DNA of 64,000 nt from Candidatus Nanoarchaeia archaeon (GCA_028279725.1 JANQNE010000011.1:25872-89871); one strand, 5' to 3'; positions 1 through 10,119 are shown, counted from the first letter of the stretch. Numbers and translations are program-made. The notes: generated from the letters alone by a model not told the origin.

Positions 1-253
1 TGTAAAGGAACAGATATCCCAGAAAATTAAGGAATGCCCCGAGTAATAATACGATAACAAAGACCTTTGTAAGAGCAATATCTTGGGGATAGAAAAAAGA
101 CCAAATAACCAAAGGAATCACTCCGATAATATAACTGTAAATAAAAGCTCTAAAAGCTCCAATCTTTTCAACAAGATTTTTTGCAAGAAAATCAGAAATT
201 CCCCAGGAAAACATGGTCAAGATCCCAAAGATAATACCTGTTGAAAGTACCAT
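1..253 (-). CDS. Partial (N-terminal) membrane protein, EamA/DMT-transporter-like; gene runs off the window start
   Basis: Reverse-complement translation from ATG at 251-253 gives MVLSTGIIFGILTMFSWGISDFLAKNLVEKIGAFRAFIYSYIIGVIPLVIWSFF... with hydrophobic helices typical of EamA-like carriers. The ORF track omits it because it is truncated by the window edge. Confidence 0.45.
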   Translation of the reverse strand, partial: MVLSTGIIFGILTMFSWGISDFLAKNLVEKIGAFRAFIYSYIIGVIPLVIWSFFYPQDIALTKVFVIVLLLGAFLNFLGYLFLY

Positions 254-418
254 TATTGTTTATATTTGGATTCTATTTATATATTTAACTGAATTTTATA
301 AATCAGAAATAAGTAATTATAAAGAACCCCTTTTTAATTAAATTTGATACTGTTTCATTAAATTTGTTGTCAATACTTAAGGACAAATCTTTTAAGTAAC
401 TTACTGATCCCAAAGGAT

Positions 419-733
419 ATGCCGGAATTAGAAAAAATAGCAAAAAAAGGATGTCCCAGGAAAGGGGATTGTAATTATTTAGATACTTTATCAGAACTAC
501 TCAGCAAAGCAGACCATGAAGCTAAGTATTGCAACAATGGACATCATCCAGAATGCGAAGGGAATCTGAAGAAGACTGAAAATCAAACTCTGAATTTGGC
601 TCCTTTACCTGAAGAACAAAGTCCTTTTCCCTACGAGAGAAGAAGGGAAGGATTAAGGAATTATATCTGGAGAGGCGTTCGTAATGCAGTGGATGAGTTT
701 CAAAGGTATGGAGCTTTTTTCTTTAGTAGATAG
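419..733 (+). CDS. Small hypothetical protein, Cys/His-containing
   Basis: 104-aa ORF with no recognisable motifs; several Cys/His (GCPRKGDC, HHPEC). Confidence 0.3.
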   Translation: MPELEKIAKKGCPRKGDCNYLDTLSELLSKADHEAKYCNNGHHPECEGNLKKTENQTLNLAPLPEEQSPFPYERRREGLRNYIWRGVRNAVDEFQRYGAFFFSR

Positions 734-765
734 ATTTATATATAAATTTCTTCTATAGCCGTAAT

Positions 766-1881
766 ATGAAGAGGGTTACGCTTGATAAGAGGCTATTCAG
801 GGCAGTTATCATAATAGTTGTTATAGCTGGAATAATGCCTTTCTTTTTTAGAAGCTGGGATAACCTGTTTATCCTTGAAAATCTTACAAATGAGTCTGGA
901 TTAAAGAATATTTCTGCTGGGAACAATACGTGTGAGTTTGAATGCTGTGAAAGCGGTCCTGTTATAAAATATTGTAAGGGAAACATGAAGTGTGAAGGAA
1001 ATAAATGTGTAAAGAAGAAATGTCCTTTTGAATGCTGTCCTGGAACAGATTTTATCAGAAAAGACTGCAATAAAGGATTTGCATGCGTAAACAATGTATG
1101 CAGATATGCGAAAGAGCTTTGCGGCAATGGAGAATGTGATGAAGATCATCTTGAATGTGAGTATTGTAAAGATGAATGCATGTTTGACCATCCAGATGGG
1201 ACTTCTGCTGCATTGAACTATTATTGGAACGAGACAGGAACATGCAGGCCGTATATAAATCCTGAAAATGTAGAATGGTTTATAGACCCTGATGATAAAC
1301 TAGTTGAAGTTACTGTTGACAGCAATATATTGTCACTGCCAGGGCATATGTGGAGCTATTTTGAGCTTGCACAGCAATGGGTTATAGAGAATATCGAAGA
1401 TAATGAATCTGATGTTCCTTATCCTACTCCTACAGAAACATTGGTGAAAAGGAAAGGAGGAGATAGGGAAAGAGCATTTTTGATGACATCTATGTTTTTG
1501 GATATAGTGCAGAAGGCCGGATTATTCCAGTATGAGAACTCAACAAATACAACTTATGAGATAAAAGCGATTTCTTTTCCAACTGAGGATGGAGAGCATT
1601 ATTTTGTTGTTGTCCAGTTTGACGGATTCCAGAGCATATATGATACAAATGAAGTATTTACAAAGATGGCTTATACAAATCAAGAGGTTGTCGAAGTGTG
1701 GGATGAGCTATTTATGAAGTATGGTGTTATCTCTCCAAAAGCTGAGAAACAGATGAGCCATGATTATCTTGTCTATCAGAAGAGCTATGGCGGAAAGTAT
1801 ATGCTTCCTTTTATCTACATAGGAAATCCTGTAGATATCGAGCTTACACAGCAAAGAAATTCAACTGCTGAAGAAATTTAG
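766..1881 (+). CDS. Membrane-anchored protein with two tandem Cys-rich modules (extracellular?)
   Basis: N-terminal hydrophobic segment (AVIIIVVIAGIMPFFF). Two ~30-aa modules repeat a Cys spacing: CEFECCESGPVIKYCKGNMKCEGNKC and CPFECCPGTDFIRKDCNKGFACVNNVC. A third Cys cluster follows (CGNGECDEDHLECEYCKDEC). Confidence 0.55.
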   Translation: MKRVTLDKRLFRAVIIIVVIAGIMPFFFRSWDNLFILENLTNESGLKNISAGNNTCEFECCESGPVIKYCKGNMKCEGNKCVKKKCPFECCPGTDFIRKDCNKGFACVNNVCRYAKELCGNGECDEDHLECEYCKDECMFDHPDGTSAALNYYWNETGTCRPYINPENVEWFIDPDDKLVEVTVDSNILSLPGHMWSYFELAQQWVIENIEDNESDVPYPTPTETLVKRKGGDRERAFLMTSMFLDIVQKAGLFQYENSTNTTYEIKAISFPTEDGEHYFVVVQFDGFQSIYDTNEVFTKMAYTNQEVVEVWDELFMKYGVISPKAEKQMSHDYLVYQKSYGGKYMLPFIYIGNPVDIELTQQRNSTAEEI

Positions 1882-2432
1882 AAAATATAGTCTTTTTTTC
1901 TCTTTTTGTCCCCTTTAATCGATACATGGACATTAAGGCTTCTTTGTAGTGCGTCTTTAATGATCTTTTTTGACTCTCTGAACAGTTCTGCCCTGTGGGA
2001 TTTGCTTATATCTGAGAATTTCCTGCTTAGCTTGTCTTGCAGAGCTGCAAAATCTTTTTCAAATTCCTTTTTTACTAATTTTTGCTTTTCTGCAAAGTAT
2101 TTCTTGACTTCATCCATGATCTCTTTCTTTATCTTGGATAGGTTGGCTGTCTTTTTTATGACTTCAGCCTCTTTTTTCATTGCTCTTAGCATTATTGCAA
2201 GCTCTTTCTTTGTCTCTGAGAAATTTGTGTAGTGCTTTTCAACATCCTGGCTAACTTTTTCTGCTTTATCAAATACCTTATCAACCGTCTCTTTTGTCTT
2301 CCTTAATTTGGATTGTATGTATCCTTCCTCAGTCATTTTATGGTGTTTTAAGGCAGGATGGTATTTAAATGTTGGTTTTTGACAGCAATCTTTATAAATA
2401 GCCAGTTTTTCTGCTCTAGCTATGAAATTCAC
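1878..2432 (-). CDS. Hypothetical K/E-rich coiled-coil protein
   Basis: 184-aa ORF overlapping neighbours by 4 nt at both ends; charged heptad-like composition, no catalytic motifs. Confidence 0.4.
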   Translation of the reverse strand: MNFIARAEKLAIYKDCCQKPTFKYHPALKHHKMTEEGYIQSKLRKTKETVDKVFDKAEKVSQDVEKHYTNFSETKKELAIMLRAMKKEAEVIKKTANLSKIKKEIMDEVKKYFAEKQKLVKKEFEKDFAALQDKLSRKFSDISKSHRAELFRESKKIIKDALQRSLNVHVSIKGDKKRKKDYIF

Positions 2433-3240
2433 GAAGATGAATGCTCTGGGAAACGATATTATAGTGATAAATGGGATAGAAGAGAAGATTGAGAAGGATT
2501 ATTCTGAGCTAGCTATAGACCTCTGCAGAAGAAAATATGGGATAGGTGGAGATGGGATAGTGATAATAGAGAAAAGCGATAAGGCTGATGTCAAGATGAG
2601 AGTGTTTAATCCTGATGGTTCTGAAGGAGGGATAAGCATCAATGGAGCCAGGTGTGCTGCAAAATATGCTTTTGATCATGGGATGGCCAATAAGAAAGGC
2701 ATGACTATAGAGGCACAGAAAAGAGTTATGAATGCAGCACTGGAAGATGAGATGGTAGTTGATGTTGGAGAGCCTATATTAGATAGGAAAGAGATACCTA
2801 TGCTTGGAGAAGGAGAGAAAGTTGTTAATGAGCAGCTAGTTTTAAGTGACAGGATAGTAAGGATCACTGCATTATCCCTGGATAACCCTCATTGCGTTAT
2901 ATTTGTAGATGATCTGGCTGAATATGCTTTTGAAGAAGAGGGAAAGATCATAGAGAATCATGAGAGTTTTCCAAAGAGGACAAATGTTGAATTTGTTCAA
3001 GTGAATAATGAAGATGAGATCACTATACGAGTCTGGGAAAGAGGAGTTGGAACAACATTGAGCTGCGGAACCGGAGCTTGTGCATCAGTTGTTGCTGGTG
3101 TTTTGAATGAAAAGACAAATAGGAATGTTACAGTCCACATGGCTGGTGGGAATGTTAAGGTTGAATGGGATGAAAAGACAAACCATATAAAGATCACTGG
3201 CTCAGTTGAATATAATTTTGAAGGAGAAGTGAAAAGATAA
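2422..3240 (+). CDS. dapF: Diaminopimelate epimerase
   Basis: N-terminal MKFTKMNALGNDIIV matches the DapF signature (MxFxKMHGxGNDF). NPDGSEGGISINGARCAAKY and GTGACASVVAG correspond to the two catalytic-Cys regions. Length 272 aa. Confidence 0.8.
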   Translation: MKFTKMNALGNDIIVINGIEEKIEKDYSELAIDLCRRKYGIGGDGIVIIEKSDKADVKMRVFNPDGSEGGISINGARCAAKYAFDHGMANKKGMTIEAQKRVMNAALEDEMVVDVGEPILDRKEIPMLGEGEKVVNEQLVLSDRIVRITALSLDNPHCVIFVDDLAEYAFEEEGKIIENHESFPKRTNVEFVQVNNEDEITIRVWERGVGTTLSCGTGACASVVAGVLNEKTNRNVTVHMAGGNVKVEWDEKTNHIKITGSVEYNFEGEVKR

Positions 3241-4889
3241 TGGCAGAAGAAAATATCCATTGGGCAGACCAGATCGCTAAGGAAGTTAAGGAAAGGGTTG
3301 AGAAAGATCCTGTTCTTAAGAAGATTGTTGAAGAGAAGGGATTTATCGTATATGATGAGAAGACGCCATCTGGCACGATACATATAGGGTCTGGAAGAGG
3401 ATGGATAATACATGATGTTATCGCTAAGGCTATGAGAGATTTGGGGTTGAAAGCTAAGTTTATATTGAGTTCAGATGATATTGATCCTTATGACAAGCCG
3501 AACAAAGAACTGCCTAAGAGTTATGATAAATATCTAGGGATGCCTTTTAGGAATATTCCTTCACCTTTTGAAGGATATAAGAGCTTTGCAGACTATTATT
3601 TTATGCAGGTTGTTGAGAAGTTTGAAGAGATAGGCATAGAATGTGAGATACAGAGCACTGGTGAGCAGTATGAAAAGGGAACTTTTAATGCAGCGATAAA
3701 GAAAGTTTTGGATAATTCTGATACAATAAAGGAGATTTTTGAGGAAACTTATAGTAAAGAGTATAATAAGATCCCTTTTAATGTGATATGTGAGAAATGC
3801 GGAAAGATAGCAACTACAAAAGCGACAAAATGGGATAAAGAGAATGAGCTTTTGACATATAAGTGTGAGAAGAATCTTGTTGACTGGGCTGAAGGATGCG
3901 GTCATGAAGGACAGATAAGCCCTTATGATGGAAACGGGAAGCTTCCCTGGAAAGTTGAGTGGGCTGCTAAATGGCCTTCAGTCGGTGTTGTATGTGAGTT
4001 TGCCGGCAAAGATCATTTTACTGCTGGAGGTTCAAGAACTATTTCTATAGCAATAGCTGATCAGGTGTTAGATTTTCCACCACCTTATCCATCTACAAGA
4101 GAGGAGACAGGAAAAGGTTATGAGTTCTTTAATGTTGGCGGAAAGAAGATGAGCACTTCTAAAGGAAAGGGTTTTGGATTTGCTGAGATGTTCAATTATA
4201 TTCCTGCGCAGATTATTAGATATTTGTTGGTTAAGACTAGGCCGCATGCTGTGCTTGATTTTGATCCTGAAGGAAGAAATGATATGATACTTCTTTATGA
4301 AAGGTTTGATAGGGCAGAGAGGATGTATTTTGGAGAAGAGACTGATGATAACAAGAATGAAGTTGCAAACCAGAAGAGAATATATGAGTTAGCGCATGTT
4401 GGGGATATTCCTGACAGGATGCCTAAGCAGATACCATTTACTTTAGCTGCAACAGTTATACAAGTTGGATTAAGTGAGGAGAAAGCCATAGAGATATTGA
4501 AGAAAACAGGACATGTTGATGAAAATATTGAAGGGATGGATCTTCATTATGTACTGCAGAGATTAAGGGATGCAAAGAGATGGATAGAAAGGTTTGCTCC
4601 AGAGCAATATAAGTTTCAGGTGCAGGATAAATTAGCTGAAGGTATTGAGATTGATGATAAAGAGAAAGAAGTTCTTAAGAAGGTTATTGCTGAGCTTGAT
4701 AATGAGCTGGGTGAGGAAGAATTGCATAATAAATTCTGGGAATTATGCCAGGAAAATGATGTTAAACCAAAGGATTTTTTTAAAGCAGCGTATCAAGTGC
4801 TTATCAATAAAGATAGGGGACCAAAGTTAGCAGGTTTTATGCTTTCTATTGACAAAGATAAGGTTAAGAAACTTATTGAGAGTTTGTAA
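3240..4889 (+). CDS. lysK: Lysyl-tRNA synthetase, class I (archaeal type)
   Basis: N-terminus ENIHWADQIAKEV...PSGTIHIGSGRGW resembles class I LysRS (xHWAD...PSGxxHxGN). KMSKS-type motif KMSTSKGKG is present. Start ATG overlaps the dapF stop (ATAATGG). Confidence 0.85.
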   Translation: MAEENIHWADQIAKEVKERVEKDPVLKKIVEEKGFIVYDEKTPSGTIHIGSGRGWIIHDVIAKAMRDLGLKAKFILSSDDIDPYDKPNKELPKSYDKYLGMPFRNIPSPFEGYKSFADYYFMQVVEKFEEIGIECEIQSTGEQYEKGTFNAAIKKVLDNSDTIKEIFEETYSKEYNKIPFNVICEKCGKIATTKATKWDKENELLTYKCEKNLVDWAEGCGHEGQISPYDGNGKLPWKVEWAAKWPSVGVVCEFAGKDHFTAGGSRTISIAIADQVLDFPPPYPSTREETGKGYEFFNVGGKKMSTSKGKGFGFAEMFNYIPAQIIRYLLVKTRPHAVLDFDPEGRNDMILLYERFDRAERMYFGEETDDNKNEVANQKRIYELAHVGDIPDRMPKQIPFTLAATVIQVGLSEEKAIEILKKTGHVDENIEGMDLHYVLQRLRDAKRWIERFAPEQYKFQVQDKLAEGIEIDDKEKEVLKKVIAELDNELGEEELHNKFWELCQENDVKPKDFFKAAYQVLINKDRGPKLAGFMLSIDKDKVKKLIESL

Positions 4890-5294
4890 ATGACTTCTGA
4901 ATTTAGTGCTTTAGGAAAGAAGGTTGATTATAAGTATGATAAGCCAGATGCTTCTTTATTGGAAAGTTTTGATAATAAGCATCCTGAGAATAATTATGTG
5001 GTTAAGTTAGAATGCAATGAATTTACAGCAATATGTCCTGTAACTGGACAGCCTGATTTTGCTAAGATCGATATTGAATATATTCCTGATTCTAAGTTAG
5101 TTGAGAGTAAGTCACTAAAATTGTATCTTTTTTCTTTCAGAAATCATGGAGAGTTCCATGAAGACTGTGTGAACAGGATCGCTAATGATATTTGGAGTTT
5201 ATTAGAGCCAAAATGGATAAAAGTTACAGGAAATTTCAATTCTAGAGGAGGAATCGCTATAGTTCCTGTTGTAGAAAAAGGAAAAAAAGATTAA
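4890..5294 (+). CDS. queF: NADPH-dependent 7-cyano-7-deazaguanine (preQ0) reductase QueF, unimodular type
   Basis: Catalytic-Cys motif CPVTGQPDF and QueF motif [15 protein letters not shown] (E(S/L)K(S/A)hK(L/Y)(Y/F/W)) are both present; C-terminal [11 protein letters not shown] sits directly after the lysK stop. Confidence 0.8.
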   Translation: MTSEFSALGKKVDYKYDKPDASLLESFDNKHPENNYVVKLECNEFTAICPVTGQPDFAKIDIEYIPDSKLVESKSLKLYLFSFRNHGEFHEDCVNRIANDIWSLLEPKWIKVTGNFNSRGGIAIVPVVEKGKKD

Positions 5295-5647
5295 GGCCTG
5301 TCAAATCCGAAAGAATAATATTCTCCATCTTTGGTCCTTAATTTAACTCCACCTGAATTTATCTTATATCCTTCAAGATGTTTTTCAAGAGTTCCCTGGA
5401 TCACTATCTCTTTTCCTTTTGATTCTGATTCTTTCATATAACTCAGAGCAGATGTATCTCCAAACCAAAAATCTCTCTGGACTCTTATAGGTATCTGGTT
5501 TCCATTGTCATGTAAAACAGCATTATACCAGAAGAACTTATGCGGTGTTATGTCTTTAACAACTCCTGGAACTTCAACCCTGATATCTTTCCTTATCAGG
5601 TGATCTCCTAATTCATCTATTCTGCACTCATGATACTGTTTTTTCAT
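5291..5647 (-). CDS. Hypothetical protein
   Basis: 118-aa ORF packed between queF and serA; no recognisable motifs. Confidence 0.4.
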   Translation of the reverse strand: MKKQYHECRIDELGDHLIRKDIRVEVPGVVKDITPHKFFWYNAVLHDNGNQIPIRVQRDFWFGDTSALSYMKESESKGKEIVIQGTLEKHLEGYKINSGGVKLRTKDGEYYSFGFDRP

Positions 5648-5659
5648 TTGTATTCCCCC

Positions 5660-7354
5660 TTATCTGAAGCTTACATGTTTCTGTAAATATACCTGAATAC
5701 CTTTATGGTTTAGATCTTGTTTCATCTCTTTCATCGCTTCTTCCGACAGTGGTTTGTCTGTTGAGAATGTTGCAAGAGATATTGATTTATCTTGTCTTTC
5801 TGTAATGTTCATGAACCCTATATTTACACCATATTTTTCTATTATTTTACCAACTGTAGCAACCATTCCTGGTTTGTTATCATATTCTATCAAGAATTTG
5901 TCTCCTTCGGGGATAATGTTGACCCTACTATACCCATCTATCCTCTGTATTAATGAACCTTCGTCCCCAATTGTTCCTCTGACGCTGTGTTTTTTTCTTT
6001 GACCGCCTTCTTCTTCAGTTATTATGTCAACAGTTATTGCGTTGTAATCTTTTGATTCGTATGGTTTTCTTCCTTTTACATCAATTCCTTGTTCGTCAGC
6101 AATTTCCATTGCGTTGACAGTGCTTGTCTGAGGTACTCTTGTCCTTAGGACTCCTTTTGTTATAAAGTTTCCAAATAATTCTGTGTGTTTGTTAAGTTCA
6201 TTATAGCATGTATATTCAATCGCTACAACATGCTTGTTTCCTTCTTCAACCTGCGCTATATTTGCACACAAGTAACCGATCCTATCTGCAAGATCTAAAT
6301 ATCTCGCATCTATATCATCGGGAATCCTTGCAAAGTTAACAGCGTTTTTTAATCTTCCATTTACTAATAGTTCTGCGATATTAGATGCTGTCTCTTTTGC
6401 AACTCTTTCAGAAGCTCCAGGTGTTGATGCTCCTAGATGCGGAGATAATTTTAATCTATTTAAATATTTTTTCTGTAAAAATTTATATTTTCCTTCTTCA
6501 TAGTTCTCTTCAAACTTTTTCTCCCCTTTGAATACATCTAAACAAACCCTGCTTTTTGATTTATTATCTAAGAGATACCCTATAGCTCCTTCTTCAATTA
6601 TGTCTCCTCTTGAAGTATTTATCAATGTAAGATTATCTTTTGCTCTGGAAAGCACTTCTTTGTTTATGCTGTCTTTAGTCTTGTCTGTCAAAGGAGCGTG
6701 TATAGTCATATAATCTGATTTTTCTACTAATTCATTCAAAGAAACTAGCTTGACACCCATCTTTTCTGCCATCTCTTTGCTTGCAAATGGATCATATGCA
6801 AGTATTTCCATGCCAAATGCTTTTGCTCTTGTTGCAACACCTTTTCCGATATTGCCTAAACCATATATTCCCATTGTTTTTCCATAGACTTCCGTTGGCT
6901 TTGGCTTTTCCCCAATATCTTTGTCAGTCTTTTTAGCCCAAATTCCTAATTTTGATGTATTATCATAGAAATCTAGTTCAGCAGCTGAATTTAATGTGAA
7001 AGCCATAACTCTTTCAGCAACTGATATTATATTTGCTTCTGGTGTATTACATACTGCAACCCCATGTTTCTTTGCAGCTTCTAAATCTATATTATCAACA
7101 CCAACACCACCTCTGACTATAATTTCAAGATTTTTAGATGGAGCAGCTGCTTCTATTATATCAGCAGTCACTTTTGGATTAGAACGAACTGCAAGAGCGT
7201 TAGCTCCTTTTAATTTTGATATAAGATCTTCTTTGTCGATCTTTGGGTCAACTCTTTCTACAGAGTCTCTAGAAATTCCAAGAGCTTCAAGCTCCGATTC
7301 AAATGATTTGTTGAAATCGCTTGAGATGACAACTTTATAGTTTGTTTCCATCAA
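5660..7354 (-). CDS. serA: D-3-phosphoglycerate dehydrogenase (long form with ASB/ACT C-terminus)
   Basis: 2-hydroxyacid dehydrogenase NAD-binding motif GIYGLGNIGKGVATRAKAFGM and catalytic region HLGASTPGASE; a C-terminal ~200 aa is consistent with ASB+ACT regulatory domains. Confidence 0.8.
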   Translation of the reverse strand: MMETNYKVVISSDFNKSFESELEALGISRDSVERVDPKIDKEDLISKLKGANALAVRSNPKVTADIIEAAAPSKNLEIIVRGGVGVDNIDLEAAKKHGVAVCNTPEANIISVAERVMAFTLNSAAELDFYDNTSKLGIWAKKTDKDIGEKPKPTEVYGKTMGIYGLGNIGKGVATRAKAFGMEILAYDPFASKEMAEKMGVKLVSLNELVEKSDYMTIHAPLTDKTKDSINKEVLSRAKDNLTLINTSRGDIIEEGAIGYLLDNKSKSRVCLDVFKGEKKFEENYEEGKYKFLQKKYLNRLKLSPHLGASTPGASERVAKETASNIAELLVNGRLKNAVNFARIPDDIDARYLDLADRIGYLCANIAQVEEGNKHVVAIEYTCYNELNKHTELFGNFITKGVLRTRVPQTSTVNAMEIADEQGIDVKGRKPYESKDYNAITVDIITEEEGGQRKKHSVRGTIGDEGSLIQRIDGYSRVNIIPEGDKFLIEYDNKPGMVATVGKIIEKYGVNIGFMNITERQDKSISLATFSTDKPLSEEAMKEMKQDLNHKGIQVYLQKHVSFR

Positions 7355-7446
7355 AATCCCCCTTTATTCTCTGAGAAAGCCCAGAGGTGTGTCTTATCAC
7401 CTCTTTGTCTGGATATTTGATGAGGTATTATATAAACCTTACCAAT

Positions 7447-7722
7447 TTACTTAGAAAGCTTTGCTTTTATGCTGTCTCTTTCTGCTTCAATCTTTTTTAG
7501 TTCTGCTTTTTTCCCTTCCAGGTATTTTATCATCTCTTCTCTTCCTTCTCTTAGCTCCTGTATCTTTAATTGAGCCTGTTCAGCAGCATCTCTTGCATCA
7601 ATAAGGAGTTCAAGCTCACTTTTTGGAGCTTTTGTAGTATCAGCTTTTATCTGAGTGGAGTCTCCACCGTAAGTCATGGAGTAAATAAAATAAGGTATGA
7701 TCAATAGATATTTTCCGTACAT
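7447..7722 (-). CDS. Small membrane-anchored coiled-coil protein (hypothetical)
   Basis: N-terminal hydrophobic stretch YLLIIPYFIYSM followed by a charged coiled-coil region. Confidence 0.35.
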   Translation of the reverse strand: MYGKYLLIIPYFIYSMTYGGDSTQIKADTTKAPKSELELLIDARDAAEQAQLKIQELREGREEMIKYLEGKKAELKKIEAERDSIKAKLSK

Positions 7723-7747
7723 GAAAGGTAGAAAGCAAGTAAAATAT

Positions 7748-8314
7748 TTAAATCTTTTTGAGGCTTTTTAAAACCTCGGAAGGAGATTTTTCCTCGAATT
7801 CTTTTGAATATTCTTTATATTCATCTGTCTCTTTTAGGAATTGGTTTATGAGATGGAGTGCCTGTGCACTTGTATAGTTAAGACAGTTTAGGATGTGTTT
7901 CATGCAGTTCTTTTCTGTGAATTTGCAGTATTTATCTTCTGGCTCTATGAAGATCTTCAGTTCTCCGTCAATCCTTCTGAAACCAATAGGAAAGATCTTG
8001 CATATCAGTGGTCTGACTGGATAGACAATGCATTTTTTGTCTTCTAAGAAGATGCATTCTTTGTTTTCTTTGCTTTTTAGCTGGAGGACTTTTCCATTGT
8101 CACAGTATTCAAAATAAGAATGGTCGCGGTCTTCCATAACTTCTTTCTGCTCTTCTGGATCCTGGCATATCGGGCCATAGAAACAGAATTCTTCTATCTT
8201 TTTTCCAGTATGCTTTGATATCCTGTCTGCATCTCTTAGTGTAAGAAATGTCCCGTAATCTCCAATACAGCAATGTTCTTTGCATGTCTCACAAGGATGC
8301 TTATTCTGGCTCAA
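7748..8314 (-). CDS. Cys-cluster protein, YkgJ/UPF0153-like (putative Fe-S or Zn binding)
   Basis: N-terminal CETCKEHCC (CxxCxxxCC) plus further Cys pairs, as in YkgJ-family proteins. Confidence 0.45.
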   Translation of the reverse strand: MSQNKHPCETCKEHCCIGDYGTFLTLRDADRISKHTGKKIEEFCFYGPICQDPEEQKEVMEDRDHSYFEYCDNGKVLQLKSKENKECIFLEDKKCIVYPVRPLICKIFPIGFRRIDGELKIFIEPEDKYCKFTEKNCMKHILNCLNYTSAQALHLINQFLKETDEYKEYSKEFEEKSPSEVLKSLKKI

Positions 8315-9194
8315 AGTTGATCCACTCCCATTGTTTTGTCTCTTCTAAATTCCAAAGTTTCTTCCAGCCTGAATCACCCGACATAAAATCAATCTTTTTT
8401 GCTTTTAATTTTATTGCATTCTTTATATGTTCTGCTATAAGAAGCTTTCCTAAGTTCTTGATATCTGTGTTTGTTCCTCCGTCAAGGACATAGTAGACGT
8501 TATTGTAGAATATGGCTATTTCAGCAGCTTCTGTCTTGTTGCTGATCTTTATCGATAACATGTGAAGCATATCTTTTTCTTTTGCTGTTTCAACAAGTTT
8601 TTTCATGCTTTCTTCAAATCCATCCTGAAGATAGTTTGAATCTTCCCTAAATCTTTGTTTGTTAAGCTCTACAAGTGTCTTAAAGTCGTCTATGTTGTTC
8701 CATACTGTGCTGTAGTTCAGCTCTTCAAGATGCCTTAGGTCATATTTTATGTTTTTTCTGTGTTTTTTGCTGAAAGATGCAAAATAAGAGTCTATATCTG
8801 GAAAGTCCTCTATATTTAGTGAGAAGGATACATCGCATTCTTTTGGATCAGGAAAATATTCTTTCTCAGAATCATCTATGTATTCTATATTCATGTCTTC
8901 TGGGAATGAGTTAAGGAAATCTTTGATATGTTCTTTGTTTTTTATGAAGAATCTCCTTCTTTCAGGATAGTTTCCACCAAAGAATGCATGGAAATCATTA
9001 TCTCCTTCGTACTGTAATGGGAGCAGACCTATCTCTTTTCCTTCCTGGTAACCTACTACGAAAAAGAACTGATTAATCTTTGGATTGAAGAAGCAATGGT
9101 TGAACTCCCAAAGATCCCATAGTATCTCTTTTGGGCTGTATTTATCCCAAAGCTTCTTACAGTCTTCAAGTTTTGTGAAGGATTTAAATTCCAT
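8301..9194 (-). CDS. FemAB/CelD-like GNAT-fold protein (putative aminoacyl/acyl transferase), paralog A
   Basis: C-terminal region YYVLDGGTNTDIKNLGKLLIAEHIKNAIKLKAKKIDFMSGDSGWKKLW aligns with the C-termini of the two downstream paralogs (YY..G...LG......K..F.GS) and has the FemAB/CelD/BioF2-like (Acetyltransf_6-type) pattern. Function is inferred. Confidence 0.5.
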   Translation of the reverse strand: MEFKSFTKLEDCKKLWDKYSPKEILWDLWEFNHCFFNPKINQFFFVVGYQEGKEIGLLPLQYEGDNDFHAFFGGNYPERRRFFIKNKEHIKDFLNSFPEDMNIEYIDDSEKEYFPDPKECDVSFSLNIEDFPDIDSYFASFSKKHRKNIKYDLRHLEELNYSTVWNNIDDFKTLVELNKQRFREDSNYLQDGFEESMKKLVETAKEKDMLHMLSIKISNKTEAAEIAIFYNNVYYVLDGGTNTDIKNLGKLLIAEHIKNAIKLKAKKIDFMSGDSGWKKLWNLEETKQWEWINFEPE

Positions 9195-10107
9195 CCTTGT
9201 TTTTCCTCATTATCGAGAAAGTATATGTGTTGTATGTGCTTACTGGTTTAAATTTGTTCTTAAATTCAAGCAGGTCATCATCTGAACCGCCGAAATTGGC
9301 TTTATCGAAGCCCATCTTCTTTATCTCTATGAGGTCATATAGGTTTGTTATCTCTCCGAGTCCTTCAAATTTGTAGTTAAGCACACCTATGCCTGAATAA
9401 TATGTATTTGTGTTTGGAACTCTCCATCCTGCTGTTATCGAGCATGGAATTCCATCAACTATCAGTGTTTTTGCCATGTCACAGCCTGCGAAATCTGAAT
9501 CAACCATCCTAAAATAGCATTCTTTATAGGCAAAATCTTCTGCTCCTCTTTTATCTATCCAGTCTGTGATGATTTTCTTTAGTTCTTCTTTTGGAAGATC
9601 CAATGAATCTATTAGTTCAACTTTATGTTCTTCAAGGAATCTGTTCTTTATATTTCTTATCTTCTTCCATTTCTTTCCTTCAAGCTTATCTCCATCCCAT
9701 GTTTTCATATCATACATCGGCCATTCAAGCCTAAAGTTAAGCTGTCCTGATCTGAAGTCTGTGTTTTCAAGTTTTTCTTTCAGTTCTTTCCTGAATTTCT
9801 TGTCAACTTCTATCTGAAGCCTGTTAGCTTCGTCTTTGTTGAAAACATGATCTACAAACTTCATGAATGTTTCAAATTTCTCTTCTTTTGGAGCAAGGAC
9901 TTCAGATATCATATACCAAAGCTTGCCTGTCTTTGATTTTTGTGCAAGAACACCTTTGCTGTTATCAAAGCCTACAAATATAGGCATCTTTGCGCTTGTT
10001 GTCTGGTTCATATAGTGATGATAGTTATGTTCAGCATCATGGCCATGTATTTCAACAGCTTTTATTGCTTTTTCTTCAAATTCTTTCTTATCTGTCAATA
10101 CTTCCAA
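9184..10107 (-). CDS. FemAB-like GNAT-fold protein, paralog B
   Basis: Shares long identical motifs with paralog C: VLAPKE, GKKWKKIRNIKNRF, GCDM, ITAGWRVPNTNTYYSGIG, FGGSDDD. 307 aa. Confidence 0.5.
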   Translation of the reverse strand: MEVLTDKKEFEEKAIKAVEIHGHDAEHNYHHYMNQTTSAKMPIFVGFDNSKGVLAQKSKTGKLWYMISEVLAPKEEKFETFMKFVDHVFNKDEANRLQIEVDKKFRKELKEKLENTDFRSGQLNFRLEWPMYDMKTWDGDKLEGKKWKKIRNIKNRFLEEHKVELIDSLDLPKEELKKIITDWIDKRGAEDFAYKECYFRMVDSDFAGCDMAKTLIVDGIPCSITAGWRVPNTNTYYSGIGVLNYKFEGLGEITNLYDLIEIKKMGFDKANFGGSDDDLLEFKNKFKPVSTYNTYTFSIMRKNKDGI

Positions 10108-10119
10108 ACAAAAACACCC

